A stretch of 64,000 nucleotides of DNA from NCBI GenBank assembly GCA_905178155.1, contig CAJINV010000001.1, positions 12,073,832 through 12,137,831 of the forward strand. Reading direction: 5' to 3'. This stretch comes from Amoebophrya sp. A120. Lineage: Eukaryota > Protista > Dinoflagellata. Made by a program: the position numbers and the translations under genes. Positions 25,401 to 38,368 of the stretch are shown here, one piece after another. Each line of letters opens with the position of its first letter. Position 1 is the first letter of the stretch. The notes below the pieces were generated by a model. That model saw only the letters and a list, made by a program, of their open reading frames with translations, did not search any database and was not told where the DNA came from.

Positions 25401-28400
25401 AGTTCCCGACGAATACGGCATCAGTGGAAACTTTACTCTGTGCGGAATCGTCTTCCGGTTACTACTTTCAGCTGTCCCAGATTCCGGTGACGAGGAGCAT
25501 GTTGACGTTTCAAGTGCGAGCGACGTTTCCGACCCCGGACGGTAGCAGTGTGGAGATCTGGGAAAGCGTTTCCCGCCCAAATACGACCGTGACGACCACG
25601 CTGAGACAGCACGCACCCTTGAGGATAAATTCCGGCCCGAGCAGCAGCAGACGCTTCAGCCAATGCGGTTCGCAAGTATCGCTCTCGAGCTCCGTCGTGG
25701 ATCCCGTAGGAAATGTGGTTGTGGTTCAGCAAACTGCCGCAGCTCCTACATCTTCTAGTTCCAACACGTCGAGCAGCGCCTCGGCAAGTCTTGTCGCGAG
25801 CACAACAACAGTAGCGCCGATAACGAACACCGTGGCGGGCACCATCAGCGAGAAAGACCTACTCACCACCAGCCCCTCGATTTACCCCGCGCAACACGCG
25901 TTGGGGCAGTACTTCAACCAGCTGCACAGCGGCAACAGTCGGGTGCGGATAAAAACCATTCCGTCGCTGGGAAACGCATACGTCTTGCAGGACGACCAGA
26001 CGCAGGAATTTCTCATGTGGTCCCCCCTCGAACCGACAGACAACGTCTGGCTACGGGGCGGCTACAGGTTGGCAACGGTGTCCGCGAGTTGCAACGGGCT
26101 CGCCGCGGAGAGTTCCGCTCTATACGGGGACGTGGACAAGGACGCGGCGGACCAGGCCGACGAGCTGTGGCAGACGATGATTTTGATCGTGATTCTCGCC
26201 CTCGGCTTGCTGTTCGGATTTGCGCTTCTGTACAATCTCGCCTTCCACCGTGAGGACTGCTTCTCGCGGTTGCGCTTAATCCTGGTGCTGCGCTACAATT
26301 GGAGCGGCAATCTGATGAGCAAAAACTACTACGATTACTACGGCGAGGAGGTCGGAGACGACGTCGCCCTGACCTATCCGAGCTACTGGAGCATCGCGGA
26401 CGAACGGAAGCTCGCCAAGGTGCAGCAAAAGAGCAACAGCGCGTTTCGCGCACTGGCCAACGGGCCGGCGAACGAGAAGCCGGCCAAGTCGAAATCCAGC
26501 CAAGATTGGCCCTCGAAGGACGACTACTACATCCCCGCTTTGCCCCCCGGGGTCGATGTCTACGATCTCATGGACCAAGACAAACAAAATTCCCCCGGGA
26601 GAAACAATGGATCCCTACCAACCAATATCGCTAGCAATTACGCCGCGAGCAAAGAACGCAACCGCAGTGGAAGCACAGTTGGGGAACAACATCAAAGGAA
26701 GAACAGCCTGCTCAGCCTCGAGGGAATTCCGCCAGACTTGAACAACAATGGGACGGACCCCTCGCCCTTACCGAGTCCGTCCGTCGGCAGTGACCACTAC
26801 CACAGCAAATTGAACTGGGCGCCGAAGCGCACCATGTCAACACAGCAGCGCTCGAACACCGGAGACAAGTTGGAGCAGCCGCCGAAGAGGCAGAGTTCGA
26901 CTGGGTCTCCATTGAAGCAAGCGCCGAGTTGCAAATTTCACATCTGCGACCAGTCGGTGGTGGAGGGGGTACAGCGCATGTTGGACGAAACGTGGAAATC
27001 AACCGCAACGAGGGACCGAAGACGGCTCGCCGCGCGGATTGGGGGCAGCGCGCGGGTCCCAACGCGGTTGGAGGTGGGCTACGTGGCGCGCGTGGAAAAC
27101 ACCGCCCTCTGGCGGCAGTACGCGGGCTTGCGTTCCTCGATGCTGCAGCTCAGCCGCGGGGTGGACCTGAAAATCCCCGCCCACAAGCCCATACCCCTGT
27201 CGACCAAGACCTGGGAGGCTGCGGGCTTGCCGCAACCGGAGCTGTTCACGCCCCTGAACGAGTTTTTGTTCTTTCACGGGACCTCCCCCTCCGCCGCGGA
27301 CAGCATCGCGAACGAGGGCTTCAAGCTTTCGCTCGCCGGAAAGCACGGGGGGTCGATGTACGGTGCGGGCATCTACGCGTCGGAGTCCTGCACTAAGGCG
27401 GATGAGTACTCGCACGACGAGTGGCTGGAGGACGACCGGTACTGCGCGATGCTGGTCCTCCGCGCCGTCGCGGCCCGCGTGTACTACACGGCGGACCCGC
27501 ACCCGGACTCCAAACACATCGAGTCTCTGTGCAAGTTCAACCGGTTTGACTCGGTTTTGGGGGATCGCGAGAAAGCCCGGGACACCTTCAAGGAGTGGAT
27601 TTTTTTCAAGCCGGAACAGGTGTACACCGAATACATCATTCGCTACAAGCGCAGGTACGACGTCCGACCGCCGAGTTACGGAGCGAAACTTTTGCACAAC
27701 GTCAGCTACCGGGCGTTGATGCCGGCCGGTCTCGGGGGCAGCTTCTCCGGCTTGAACGCGTCCAAGTACCACAAGCAGATATGGGCCGAGCACTTGGCTG
27801 CGGAGGAAGATTTGAAGATGAAAAAGAAGAAAGACACGACGAAAATTACGGTGGACGTCGAAGACGCCAAGGGCAAGTACACAGCGGACAAGAAGAACAA
27901 AAAGGCCGATGTGGTGAAGCGCGCGAGCAGTGTGGGCGGCGTGTTGGACGAGGAAACAACCGCACGCGATCGCGAGGATAGGAGTGGTGCCAAGCGGTCC
28001 TCTTTCCTGAACCGTCCTCCCGGGGAAAGAGACAATGGCAGCAGCAGTAGCAAGGACAAAAACCCCACCCCCAGCACGACGTCGACGGACGGTGGCACAG
28101 CGGCAGAGCAGCCAGGGGGGGTGAGCAAGGCCAAATCGATCTCGGAGCAAGTCAGGGAGAGAGAATTGCTGCAGCAGAAAGAAAAGGAAAAACAAGAAAA
28201 CAGGGACCGCAAAGGCAAAATCGCGACGGATAGCAGCTCAGCAGCTGCGGCGATAACCGCAAAATTGGGCGGAAATAATGGGGCAGACGACGATAAAAGA
28301 AGGGAAAAAGCTGCGAAAGAAAACAAGAGAGACAGCAAAACGTCCCGGCAGAAAAACAGCCTCACGGTCGAAAACGTCAAGCGGCAGAGCGTGAACCTGC

Positions 28401-28702
28401 TCCGGGTGGAGACGGACACGCCGGATACCAACAGCAACCGCTCTTCGGTACCCTCAAGCATCCTCGAAGGGACGCACGTGGCTACGACCCGGGTTCCAGT
28501 GCCCTCACCGAAACACGAGAAAAACTCGCGACTGCAGACCGAGTTCGCCTCGAGCTCCTCCGCTTCCGACACCGAGCACACGACCAAAGTGAAATCTCCC
28601 CAGCGGGAACGAAAAGCGAGACTTCAAGACATGTCGAGCGGGTCCGATCTAGAGGCAACGCGGAAAACGCCGTCGAGCTACAGGGCAGGGCGGACGAAAT
28701 GA
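22436..28702 (+). CDS. Single-pass membrane protein with large N-terminal region and C-terminal PARP-family ADP-ribosyltransferase domain
   Basis: ORFs 22436 and 23855 join after removal of insert 23608-23871 (WDSLP-MADPT). Signal-like LWPFLLLVFLVFAP; TM MILIVILALGLLFGFALLY (~26177-26233); PARP motifs FHGT (27272-27283), MYGAGIYASE..KADEYS, FDSV, FKEW and QVYTEYII. Confidence 0.85.
23608..23866. mobile_element. Family-A introner (259 bp), TSD TTGCC, internally inverted relative to other A copies
   Basis: Family-A TIRs; TTGCC at 23603-23607 and 23867-23871; internal atgcctatcccgcatgagaaa is the reverse complement of the ttgtcatgcggaataggcat seen in other copies. Confidence 0.95.
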
Positions 28703-29494
28703 TGTCTTCGAGTTATGCACAGCTTTACGCATGAGCATGATGAGTAGAGCTGCTCACGCCGAAGAACGCAATGCTCCGACACAGGTAAAAAGAAAAGGCT
28801 CTGTGGGTGCCAACGAACATACGATGCTCAACACACCATGAATTTACGAACTGCAACATCTATCTACGACGAAGACGCACTGAGTGTGACGTACTCCTGC
28901 AATCTATAGCTGCGCTGATCCTTGTTTCGGTATCTCAGTCCCTTGCGTTAAGTCGCATTCGCATTCTTTCGGTGTCGAGAGTAGTGTCTCAACTCTCAAA
29001 GACACGCTTCTCTTTCGGTCGTGCCAAATGAAAAAGTAAAGTCCTTTTGTCTACCTCAGGATCGGTACTGATTCCGAACAAGAAAAAACAATCGGTATTC
29101 TCGTGCAAAGCGAAAGCGCCCTTGATGTGAAAATTCTCGTTCTCCTCGGTCTTGTCGTGGCAAGCTATGTCATCGTGCAAAAACATAAAAGTTCTCCATT
29201 CGTCCATCTGATACTGACAATTCGTTCATGCTTGCTTCGTGGGATGCTGATAAGGATGATACCACACTGCAGACCACAGCCGCCGCTGTCGTCTTATTTG
29301 GCCTTGTTTCGTCTGGGTCGAAATCGAGATAATCGTGCCGTCTTGATATCCCAATTTTTCAGGTGGATCGTTTTGCATAGATCCGTTTCGGTATTGACTC
29401 CAACCCGTAAGTATTCCACCCTTCTTCCTAAGAAGATGCCACCCGCATCGTATTTTTTTTGAAAAGCACCACTTCATATTCAAATTAACTCAGC

Positions 29495-32400
29495 ATGGCA
29501 CCCTGGCAGGGGGGTTCTTCGTTCGAGGGTCCGGCGGCGGAGGACGAGGATGTCAGCCTCGGTTTTGATAACCCCGCCGCGGAGCCCATAATCAGCCAGA
29601 AGGAGAGAACGTCGACGGACAGCAACTTTATTGAGGAGGACGACGTGTCCATTCTCAACTCAGAGGCCGCCATTGTGGATTTGGAGGGCCAAGATTTGAT
29701 TTTTTCCTTCCTCGAAGTCACGTATGGTTTCATCCTCCGCCCTTGCGCCGTTGCGTCCGAACATGTGTTTTCTCAGAAAGCGCGGCGGAACTACAACCAG
29801 CTGCTGGTGTACATGAGCAAGGCCTTCGGCCACAACGTCCCGGCGGAATTCCAAGAATGCGTAGACACCGAGACGATGAACGTGCAAAGGAAACTTCGGA
29901 ATCAAAGCATGTACTACAATTAGATACTTCAGATTTGCGCCGCTCACCTTCTTGTTGGCTGGACAGTTACTTTTTCAATCGTTCTGAATCTGATCCTAGA
30001 CAGAGTTCGTAGTTTTTCAGTACAGCATGACCACGGAAAATCAGTAACACATCAATCAAAAATCTATGCTAAAACAAAAACAGGCTCTACGTGCCCCGGC
30101 TTCTTCCGAACGCGGTGATCTGTGACGCCAAGCCGCAGTTCAGCTCCGAACAGCTCCACGACGAGGTTCTCCCTCTAACCGTGTATTCCACGAACTACAC
30201 CGGTGAGATCAACAGCAAGCCCTTGTTGAAGAAGCGAAAATGCTGCACCGTCGGGATGTCGCACATATTGGACTACGTCCAGGTGTTGTCTTTCGCGTGG
30301 TGGCGACAGCGCAACCCGTTCGGGAAAATGCTGTTCGGCTTGGTCTCCGCGTTGCTCTTTTCCGGCCTACTCTACGGCTTCATCGTCCAGTTTCGCGACT
30401 GGAAGTGGCCCGACTATGGGCAGGTGCACTTCTTCGTGTTCTGGTACACGATCTTTCTCGGCCTCTGCACCTTACACTTCGGCGTCTTCAACCTGCAGTT
30501 TTCCAAGGACCGCTCGCTGTTCATCAACCAGCTGCTGTATCTGTACTCGCAGCAGTGGGAACACTTTCTGCACGACCGGGTGTTGGAGAAAAAGAAGCAA
30601 GAAGAGGAGCGGAAGCAGAGGCAGCAGCGACTTGCGCGGGCTTTACCAAACTCCCCGAATGATGGAGGTGCGGATAGTAAAATGAACTCCAGCACGCAAT
30701 CGCCGTTCTCGACCGGTGTGGACAGCCACAGCACCACGACCGGGTCTGCTGGTGTCCGCGAACCGCTGCAGTCCGCGTTTCAGCGTAGCTACGAGTCGCC
30801 GGAAACTTCTCCGGGCATGACCACGCGACTGCTCGCGGCCACGGGGAGCTACGGCACGACTGGAACAACCGAAGAGGAGCTTGCGAACCCCGCTTTGCCG
30901 GTAAACACAGCAACAAGTGCATCAATACCTGGTGCGAACAGCACTTCTGTGACCACTACTGCGCAAACTATGTTCGGACAGCAATTATCGAGCGCTGACG
31001 TCACAAAGGAGCTCGAGAGACCCTCTTCCTTTAACTTCTCGCTCACCCCCCGCGCATTCAACCGCGCCACCGCGAACAACCAGAAAGCGCAGCTGAGAGC
31101 AGCCGGGTCGCCCGCACCGGCGGAGAAGCTGTACGGCACCTACCGCGGGCCGTTTCTGACCACAGTCGGTTCACTGCCATCGGACGAGCAAAACTGGTTC
31201 CAGGATCATTTGTACACATCCCCAGAAATCCAGCGCCAAAATTGGGACTTCGTCCAAACCCTCCGTCGGTCCAGCGGCTGTTGGGCCGTGTTGATTGGGT
31301 ACAGCTTTCTGATCTTCGTCACCATGTGCAGCATCAGCCTGGCGCACTGGTCCAACCCGGGCGTGCTCCCCATCGGGGCGCCGAGCGCGAGGAATATGTT
31401 CGGCCTATCGGAGTTACAACCCGCAAAGGACGTCGCAGCCGCCGCTGCGAGTTCTACAGACCCGCTCACCGCGACCACCACGGCCGCGCCCGAGCTGCAG
31501 AACATCTGGAACGTGGACCCGGAGCGCGACGGGTTCGACCCGAACAAGTCCGAGGGGGTCACGGACAAGGAACGCGAGGCGCAGGCGAAATTCGAGGAGA
31601 ACGTGAAGAAACACATCCAGGGTGCCGCGCCGGGCGAGGGATTGCGGTGGTGCCGGGAGACCATGCAGTACCTGCCGGACAACGCACACTACTGTAGCTA
31701 CGACAAGTTCGTCGTGCTCGGGAGAGACCACCACTGCCCGTGGGTGGGAAATTGCGTCGGGTTCGGAAACTACAAGTTCTTCATTTTGTTCCTCTTCTGG
31801 TACTGGATCATGGCCGTCGTCGGGTTTTTCATCAACATAAGAGGTATCACAGGCTTTTTGCTTTGCAATGCTTTTATTTCGCTCTCTTTCCATTCACTCC
31901 TGGTGGTCCAAGCAAAAAGAAAAACGTGTATTGATGTCGCGATTTGGATCTCTCCTCTCGTGTTTCTAGTTATGCCAACCGCCCCTGTCTACTCTAGGTC
32001 TAGCCTCTAACTATCTAAAGAGTGTGCGTGTCTTCGTGTTACTACAAACGCACTTCCAGATGTTGTAGCGTCGATAAAAACGAATACGGAAAACAAAAAC
32101 TACAGCCATCGCGTTCTATCTTTTGTCCGACGTGTGTGGTGACACGATTTTCCGCCAGCGCGGCCCTGCGTTAACCAACTTCGTTGCGGAGCAGTTTCCG
32201 CAAGGGCATTCGGAGTGGGAGTACGTCCGTGTCCTGCTGTTTTTTGTCGTGAAGCGCAATCGCTACACCGACGAACTCGACTGGTCCGACGAGTCTTGGG
32301 GAACAAATTCTTCGCGCAGCGAGTGCAAGGCCGTAACGTCCGAATCCGAAGAGGATATGAGAAACGCCAACTCAAGTGGAGCAGGTAAAAAAATTAGCAA

Positions 32401-33014
32401 TGATGTTTCACACTCGTGCTTTGTGTGTAATTTTTCGAAGCACTTTTGGTTCTTCTTGGCATGTCATTGGCGTGCCAGGCCTAGGGCTAGGATAGAAAAT
32501 CTGTATCTCACTGCAAAGCGGAAACGTGACTCACTACAACAAAACAGCTGTAGTTTCCAAGTCCCCGGCGCGACCTGCGAACGTCCCCCAACTCCAGAAC
32601 CTGGAGCAGATGAATAAGAAGCACCTGTCGGAGCTCTCTTTGAAAACGAGAAGGTACAACCGCAGCTTTATGCAGCGGAAGTACGGTTGGAATTTCGTCC
32701 GCTACTACCTCTCCGGCGTGTTTTTCAATCTTTCCGACGTGCGGATCTTCGCCCTGTGGATGGGGCTGGTGTGGTACGGCTTCTGCGTGGGATTCGTGTT
32801 CCTCGTCGGACAACACCAGCTCGCGCAGTTTACCAAGGGAAAGATGCTGGGCTCCTGGGACAAGTTTGCCCCGGACGAGCACAACACGCTGTACCAGAAC
32901 ACCTGCCGGTGGCTCGGCGCCAACCCCTTGCTGTGGTTCATGCCCATCCCGGGCACCGGGAATCCGCACAACGGGTGGTATGAGCCCGGTGCGGACCAGT
33001 GGAACGGCCGATAA
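29495..33014 (+). CDS. DHHC-family protein S-acyl (palmitoyl) transferase
   Basis: DHHCPWVGNCVGFGNYKFFILFL motif and several TM segments; GT-AG introns 29911-30083, 31844-32105 and 32385-32547 join ORFs 29495, 30091, 32123 and 32526 in phase. Confidence 0.88.
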
Positions 33015-34169
33015 ACCGACCGGGTGCTTTGACATCGAGATTTTTTTACAAAAAAATATAAACACTTGTACCAGCCGCATGTACTAGTCCATCATGATAC
33101 ACGTTCGAGCCGCACCGATACTATGTGACGGGTGCAATGTAGTTGTTGAGATATTTCGAATGTACTAGGCGTTGGCCCACCGAGTTTATTTTTCAAGCCA
33201 CACGTACTGCTTACTTGATAAATCAATTACAACATCAATTTCTCAACACGAGCACACCCGCATTTCTTCTTGACGTGTACTTTCTGTTTCCATGAACAAA
33301 AGATGCGAATGACCTTGTACATAGTGTTGTGCGCCGTGTCGTCGTGCACTTATCAAAATTAAACGATATTGGTCTCTGCATGTACAACTATTTCACTTCC
33401 CGATTCTATGATGTAAAAATAAAATTTGTTTCCGATGCTTCTGTTTGTAAAGAATTTCGCTGAGACTGAGTCAAAAATTGGATAAACCCGTGTACAACTA
33501 CTCGCTTTTTGATCGCTGTCCTTGACTGACAAGTTTCCACAATATCCTGTGCCGCAAGTGCAACCAGTCAGCCCCGACAGTGTTGCAATATTGTTCGCGT
33601 TCTAAGTTCGCGTTGCCTCCTGCTTGCGTTCAGTTTGCTTGGGGGTCTTGACAGAGAATGATATGCTTACGGCATTTCGGAGAAGTAGATTGATTCATTC
33701 AGTGACTGCTCTGAGATGACATGAAGACGATTGATTCTGGACGAGAAAGACGATGAGAAGTAGTTTGTGTCTGCTGAAGTTGTATCGATTGTCTTGGCGT
33801 TTTCGAAGAAAACACAGTCTTTTACTCTTGGGTCATCAACTCGCATCAGGAAGAAATTCAGCAAGTATGATTTCAACACCTGAAAAAATCTGCAGCGTAC
33901 TGAAAGACTAAACCATTTAGCGCACGTTGTTGTATCTCTAACATTCATGCAAAACATAAACATTCACGCTTACCACCACCAGCACACGCATGCTCCACAG
34001 AGGACCGACTTCTGAATGCAGAACCGAAGACCTCATCAGATCGAGCCAGAAGCAAGTGCCGAAAACTACAGCGTTTTTGAAGAACAAGTAGAGCAGCGGC
34101 ATCATCATCAACAACACTAAGAGTGCAAGTTTCCGACGCAAAAATCTCGACAACACTACCCTCGGCGCC

Positions 34170-37100
34170 ATGTACGTAGTAAAACGGGACGGAACGCGCG
34201 AAAAGGTCGCGTTCGACAAAATCACGCAACGGCTACACAAGCTTTGCTTTGGTTTGAACAAGGAGTACCTCGTCCCGGAAAAAATCGCGCAAAAAGTGGT
34301 CGAAGGCGTTTACGATGGCGTCCACACGTGCGACTTGGACAACCTGGCCGCGGAAACCTGTGCGTACATGTCCCAGATGCACCCGGATTTCAGCCTACTG
34401 GCCGCCAGGATAGCGATCAGCAACCTCCAAAAAATGACAAGTCCATCGTAAAAACTACTTTTAAATGTTTTTTGTCCTTTACGTTTTTTTCGTATTTGAT
34501 ATGCTTGACTGATTTTCATCTCCTGATGACGTTGAGGTTTCGACATTGAAAAAACAATAGATCGCGCTGCTCTATTGCTTGGCTCAATCAACAAACCCAC
34601 AGGTTCGAAACCACCTGCAAGACGCTATTTTTCTACACGGACGAAGGGGGCCGGGATTGCGCACTGCTTTCGAAGGAGTACTTTGATTTCTGCAGTCAGC
34701 ACTGGGACCAAATCCAAGGCGCATTGAAATACGAGCGGGATTTCACCTACGACTACTTTGGTTTCAAGACTCTGGAGCGGAGCTACTTGTTGAGGGTGGA
34801 CGGCAAGATCGTCGAGAGACCACAGCATTTGATTATGCGCTGCGCGCTGGGGATTCACATGGGCGACATCGAGTCTGCATTGGAGACTTACGACTGGATG
34901 AGTCAGAAGTTCTTCACGCACGCCACTCCAACGCTTTTTAACGCAGGTATGAGCGTATAGGTCTACCATCTAAGTTTTTCACTAAAGAACAATGGAAGGA
35001 AGGAAAAAAATAGAAAGTCGCCCACGGAAAGTCAAGGAACAATTAAACTGTGCCCAAGTGCCTTCTAGACCTGCTTGCTGCGAATTTATGTCACCAGGTA
35101 CACCGAAGAACCAGATGTCTTCCTGTTTCCTTCTTTCCATGTATCCACAGTAAATTTCCCGTACACGTACAACTGCGGCCTCTGCATGACAAAACTTGGC
35201 ATCGATCCTAGTTTAGCATGACAAGTCTTCAGCTCCAAATTGGTAGAATTTGTGATGCATCTTGTACATGTACGGGAAATTTGTATTGCATACCATGGTC
35301 TCCGACAGTATAGATGGGATCTACGATACCCTGAAACGGTGCGCGAAAATATCAAAGTCTGCCGGCGGCATCGGCGTAGCGATTTCGAATGTGCGAGCAA
35401 GCGGAAGCTACATCCGGGGAACCAACGGTTACAGCAATGGATTAGTCCCGATGCTCCGAGTTTTCAACGACACGGCCCGATACGTCGACCAGGGCGGGGG
35501 CAGGAGAAAAGGCGCGTTTGCGGTACTACTATGCATACTCTAGATGAAGTTTTGACAAAACTACGAAAAGTTTGTAGGTCGAATTGTTTATGCTGGATCG
35601 ACAATTTTTTTCGGAGTGAAATTCCCAAGACTGTTTTCCACGAACAGATGTACCTCGAGCCGTGGCACGCCGATGTGTTTGACTTCCTGGAATTGAAGAA
35701 GAACCACGGGAAGGAGGAAAACCGAGCGCGAGACTTGTTCTACGCACTCTGGATTCCCGATTTGTTCATGAAGCGCGTCATGGATGCCGGGGACTGGACG
35801 CTTTTTTGCCCCGATGAGACCAGACACCCGGAGACGAAGAAAACTCTGCAAGACTTGTGGGGCCCGGAGTTCGAGGAAAGATACGTGGAACTGGAGAAAG
35901 CAGGTACTTACAAAAGTAGCTACATGCGACGTGCAACCTGCTGCACAATCTTTGCCCTTGCCTGGACCTGGTGCTTGGGCCCTCTTCTGTCTTCACTATC
36001 AGTCGTGACTGTGCACGACGACTAGTAGTACAACAAGTAGGAAAAAAAAGCATCAGCATAATTTCCTCAACTCGACCAGGTAAGGGCCGCAAGACCATCC
36101 CCGCGCAGTCACTTTGGAACAAGATCCTGGAATCTCAAATGGAGACCGGTGTTCCATACATGTGCTACAAGGACCTATGCATTGCAAAAGTAACGTACTA
36201 GCATAAATTGCATTACAAATTTTCTCAAGAAGAAAAGTGGAATTTGTAATGCTGTTTTACCTTTTGAGGAAGATTTGTCATGCATATTTGCAATTAGTAC
36301 AAGTACGATACGTTTGCACAGCATAGGACCACGCTAACAGCAAGTCCAACCAGCAAAACCTGGGGACGATCCGTATGGCGTTCTCAAACGTTACATTCTC
36401 AACTGTTACATGGTTTGTCATGCGAAATTGCCTTCAGAAGCGACACCATCAAGCTGCTTCGCATGACAAATTCTCAGAGGGCCAAATAGGGTGATAATCG
36501 GCGCCAAGTCTGTCATGCAAGACGCGCAAGATCTCCCCTATTACTTTTGCCATTCTTGCATTACAAATTTCATGTAACAGTTGAGAGTGTAACGTTTGAG
36601 AACGCCATAATCCGCTGTTCCAATCTGTGCACGGAAATCTTCGAGTACACCAGTCCCGACGAGGTGGCCGTGTGCAACCTAGCCAGTATTGCGCTGAACA
36701 TGTTTACCAAGGAAGAGGCCGTCGCTGCCGCGCAGGAGGGCGGGTCCAGTTCGAGCTCGAAGGTGCCGATACAGGAGAAGTACGACTTCGAAAAACTGAA
36801 GCTTATTTCCAAAATGGTCACGAAAAACCTGAACAAGGTGATTGACGTTAATTACTACCCCGTGGAGGCCGCGGAGAAGTCGAACAGGAGGCACCGGCCA
36901 ATTGGTATCGGCGTTCAGGGATTGGCGGACGCTTTCATGAAGCTCAAGTACCTATCTATCTTCGATCGAGTTGTTTTCGTCTTTCTGACTCTACGGTTCG
37001 TGTTTGTTAAAACGCGAGCGCGGCACGATTTTTTTCGGGTTGGTTTTGATTGTTGTGGACAGAACAATACAGCAGGCCGGCTTTTTAGCTCGTGGTCACT

Positions 37101-38368
37101 GGTAGTGGTGAGCGAGCCAAGGTAATTGCTCCCGCTCTGCGAAAAAAAATCAGGATACCATTCGAGAGCGAGGAAGCGCGGGAGCTAAACAAATTGATTT
37201 TCGAGACAATATACTTCGGCGCGTGCGAGGCATCAATGGAGCTGGCAGCAAAGAACGGCCCGTATGAAACATGGAAGGGTTGCCCGGCTGACAAAGGTAA
37301 TATGCAAGCTTAAGAATTTTGCTTGAGAAAGAAAATCATAATTTGCTCACCTCGTCCGCAGGGAAATCTTAGTGCTGCTTTTATTGAAGTACTACAAACT
37401 AACGATGATCTTTCTGTCACGCACCCATATCCAACCTGACAATCGAATCGCGACACAGGTAAACTTCAATACGACCTGTGGGGCGTGACACCAACGCCAT
37501 TGCACGACTGGGCGGCTCTAAAGGAAAAAATTGCGCAGCACGGCATGCGCAATAGTTTACTGCTTGCCCCGATGCCAACCGCCTCCACGGCACAGATTTT
37601 GGGAAACAACGAATCTTTTGAGCCATACACGCAGAACATCTACGTATTGAAGACGTTTTCCTATAATTTTTTGACATTGATGACGCCGTGCACGTGCTGC
37701 ATTTGATGGAAAACATTCAAAAGTGACTATCGTCTGCTGGATTTCTCACCTCGCGATAATTTTATCAGGTCCGTCGTGTGCTATCCGGTGAATTCGTGCA
37801 AGTGAATCGGCATCTTTTGAAGGACTTGATTGACAGGGGGCTCTGGAACCAGGACATGAAAACAAAGCTCATCGCGAACAACGGGTCGGTGCAAACGATT
37901 GCAGAAATCCCATCCGACATGAAGGAAATGTACGTGAAAAGATGTTGTTGAAGATGAAGTCAAAGTTTTTAACAGCGTGGATGCCTTTTGGGTTTTGTGA
38001 AGCCGTTCTGATTTCCTACTAATTATTGTAATTGCGAAATAAACAAAAACCACCGCAGATACAAAACGGTCTGGGAGATCAAGCAGAAGCGCATTCTCGA
38101 ATTAGCAGCCGACCGCGGTGCGTTCATTGACCAGTCGCAGAGTCTCAACGTGCACATGACCGGTTGCACGACCCAGAAGCTTTCCTCGATGCACTTCTAC
38201 GGCTGGAAGCTCGGTCTCAAGACTGGGCAGTACTACCTGCGAACGAAGGCGGCTGTGGAGGCGATCAAATTTACGGTCGATGTTACCGACACGAAGAAAG
38301 CCCAGGCAAAGCTGAAGGCGGAGCAGGATGAGAAGAGCAAATACGAGTGCGTGGGGTGCGGCAGCTGA
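34170..38368 (+). CDS. RRM1: Ribonucleoside-diphosphate reductase large subunit (class Ia)
   Basis: ATP cone [49 protein letters not shown] and C-terminal ECVGCGS. GT-AG introns 34448-34602, 34947-35097, 35523-35647, 35904-36079, 36948-37153, 37297-37458, 37644-37768 and 37930-38058, plus three non-canonical inserts. Confidence 0.97.
35142..35292. mobile_element. Family-D introner (151 bp), TSD CCATG, in RNR
   Basis: TAT...ATA; IR aaatttcccgtacacgtacaa / ttgtacatgtacgggaaattt; removal restores [20 protein letters not shown]. Confidence 0.93.
36176..36325. mobile_element. Family-B introner (150 bp), TSD GGACC, inverted orientation, in RNR
   Basis: tatgcattgcaaaagtaacgtact...agtacgatacgtttgcacagcata; GGACC on both sides; removal restores [17 protein letters not shown]. 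Confidence 0.95.
36374..36609. mobile_element. Family-C introner (236 bp), TSD ATCCG, in RNR
   Basis: 39-bp TIR with 1 mismatch (tatggcgttctcaaacgttaca...); ATCCG at 36369-36373 and 36610-36614; removal restores [12 protein letters not shown]. Confidence 0.96.

Noticed and set aside
22535-28587. Long minus-strand ORFs (22535-23740, 26999-28195, 27706-28587; likewise 18433-19425 and 43406-44353)
   Set aside because: Antisense shadows of GC3-rich plus-strand genes with no recognisable motifs.
33543-33552. tatcctgtgc matching the family-B start
   Set aside because: No following aaaagtatcgtact, no right TIR and no TSD; probably chance.
34578-34588. ttggctcaa spliced-leader-like word in RNR intron 1
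   Set aside because: Only 9 nt; expected by chance.
34170-38368. RNR as a transposon-disrupted pseudogene, or as host to inteins or group I introns
   Set aside because: Exons are intact after precise removal; the inserts are short, TIR/TSD-bounded and lack intein or homing endonuclease coding capacity.
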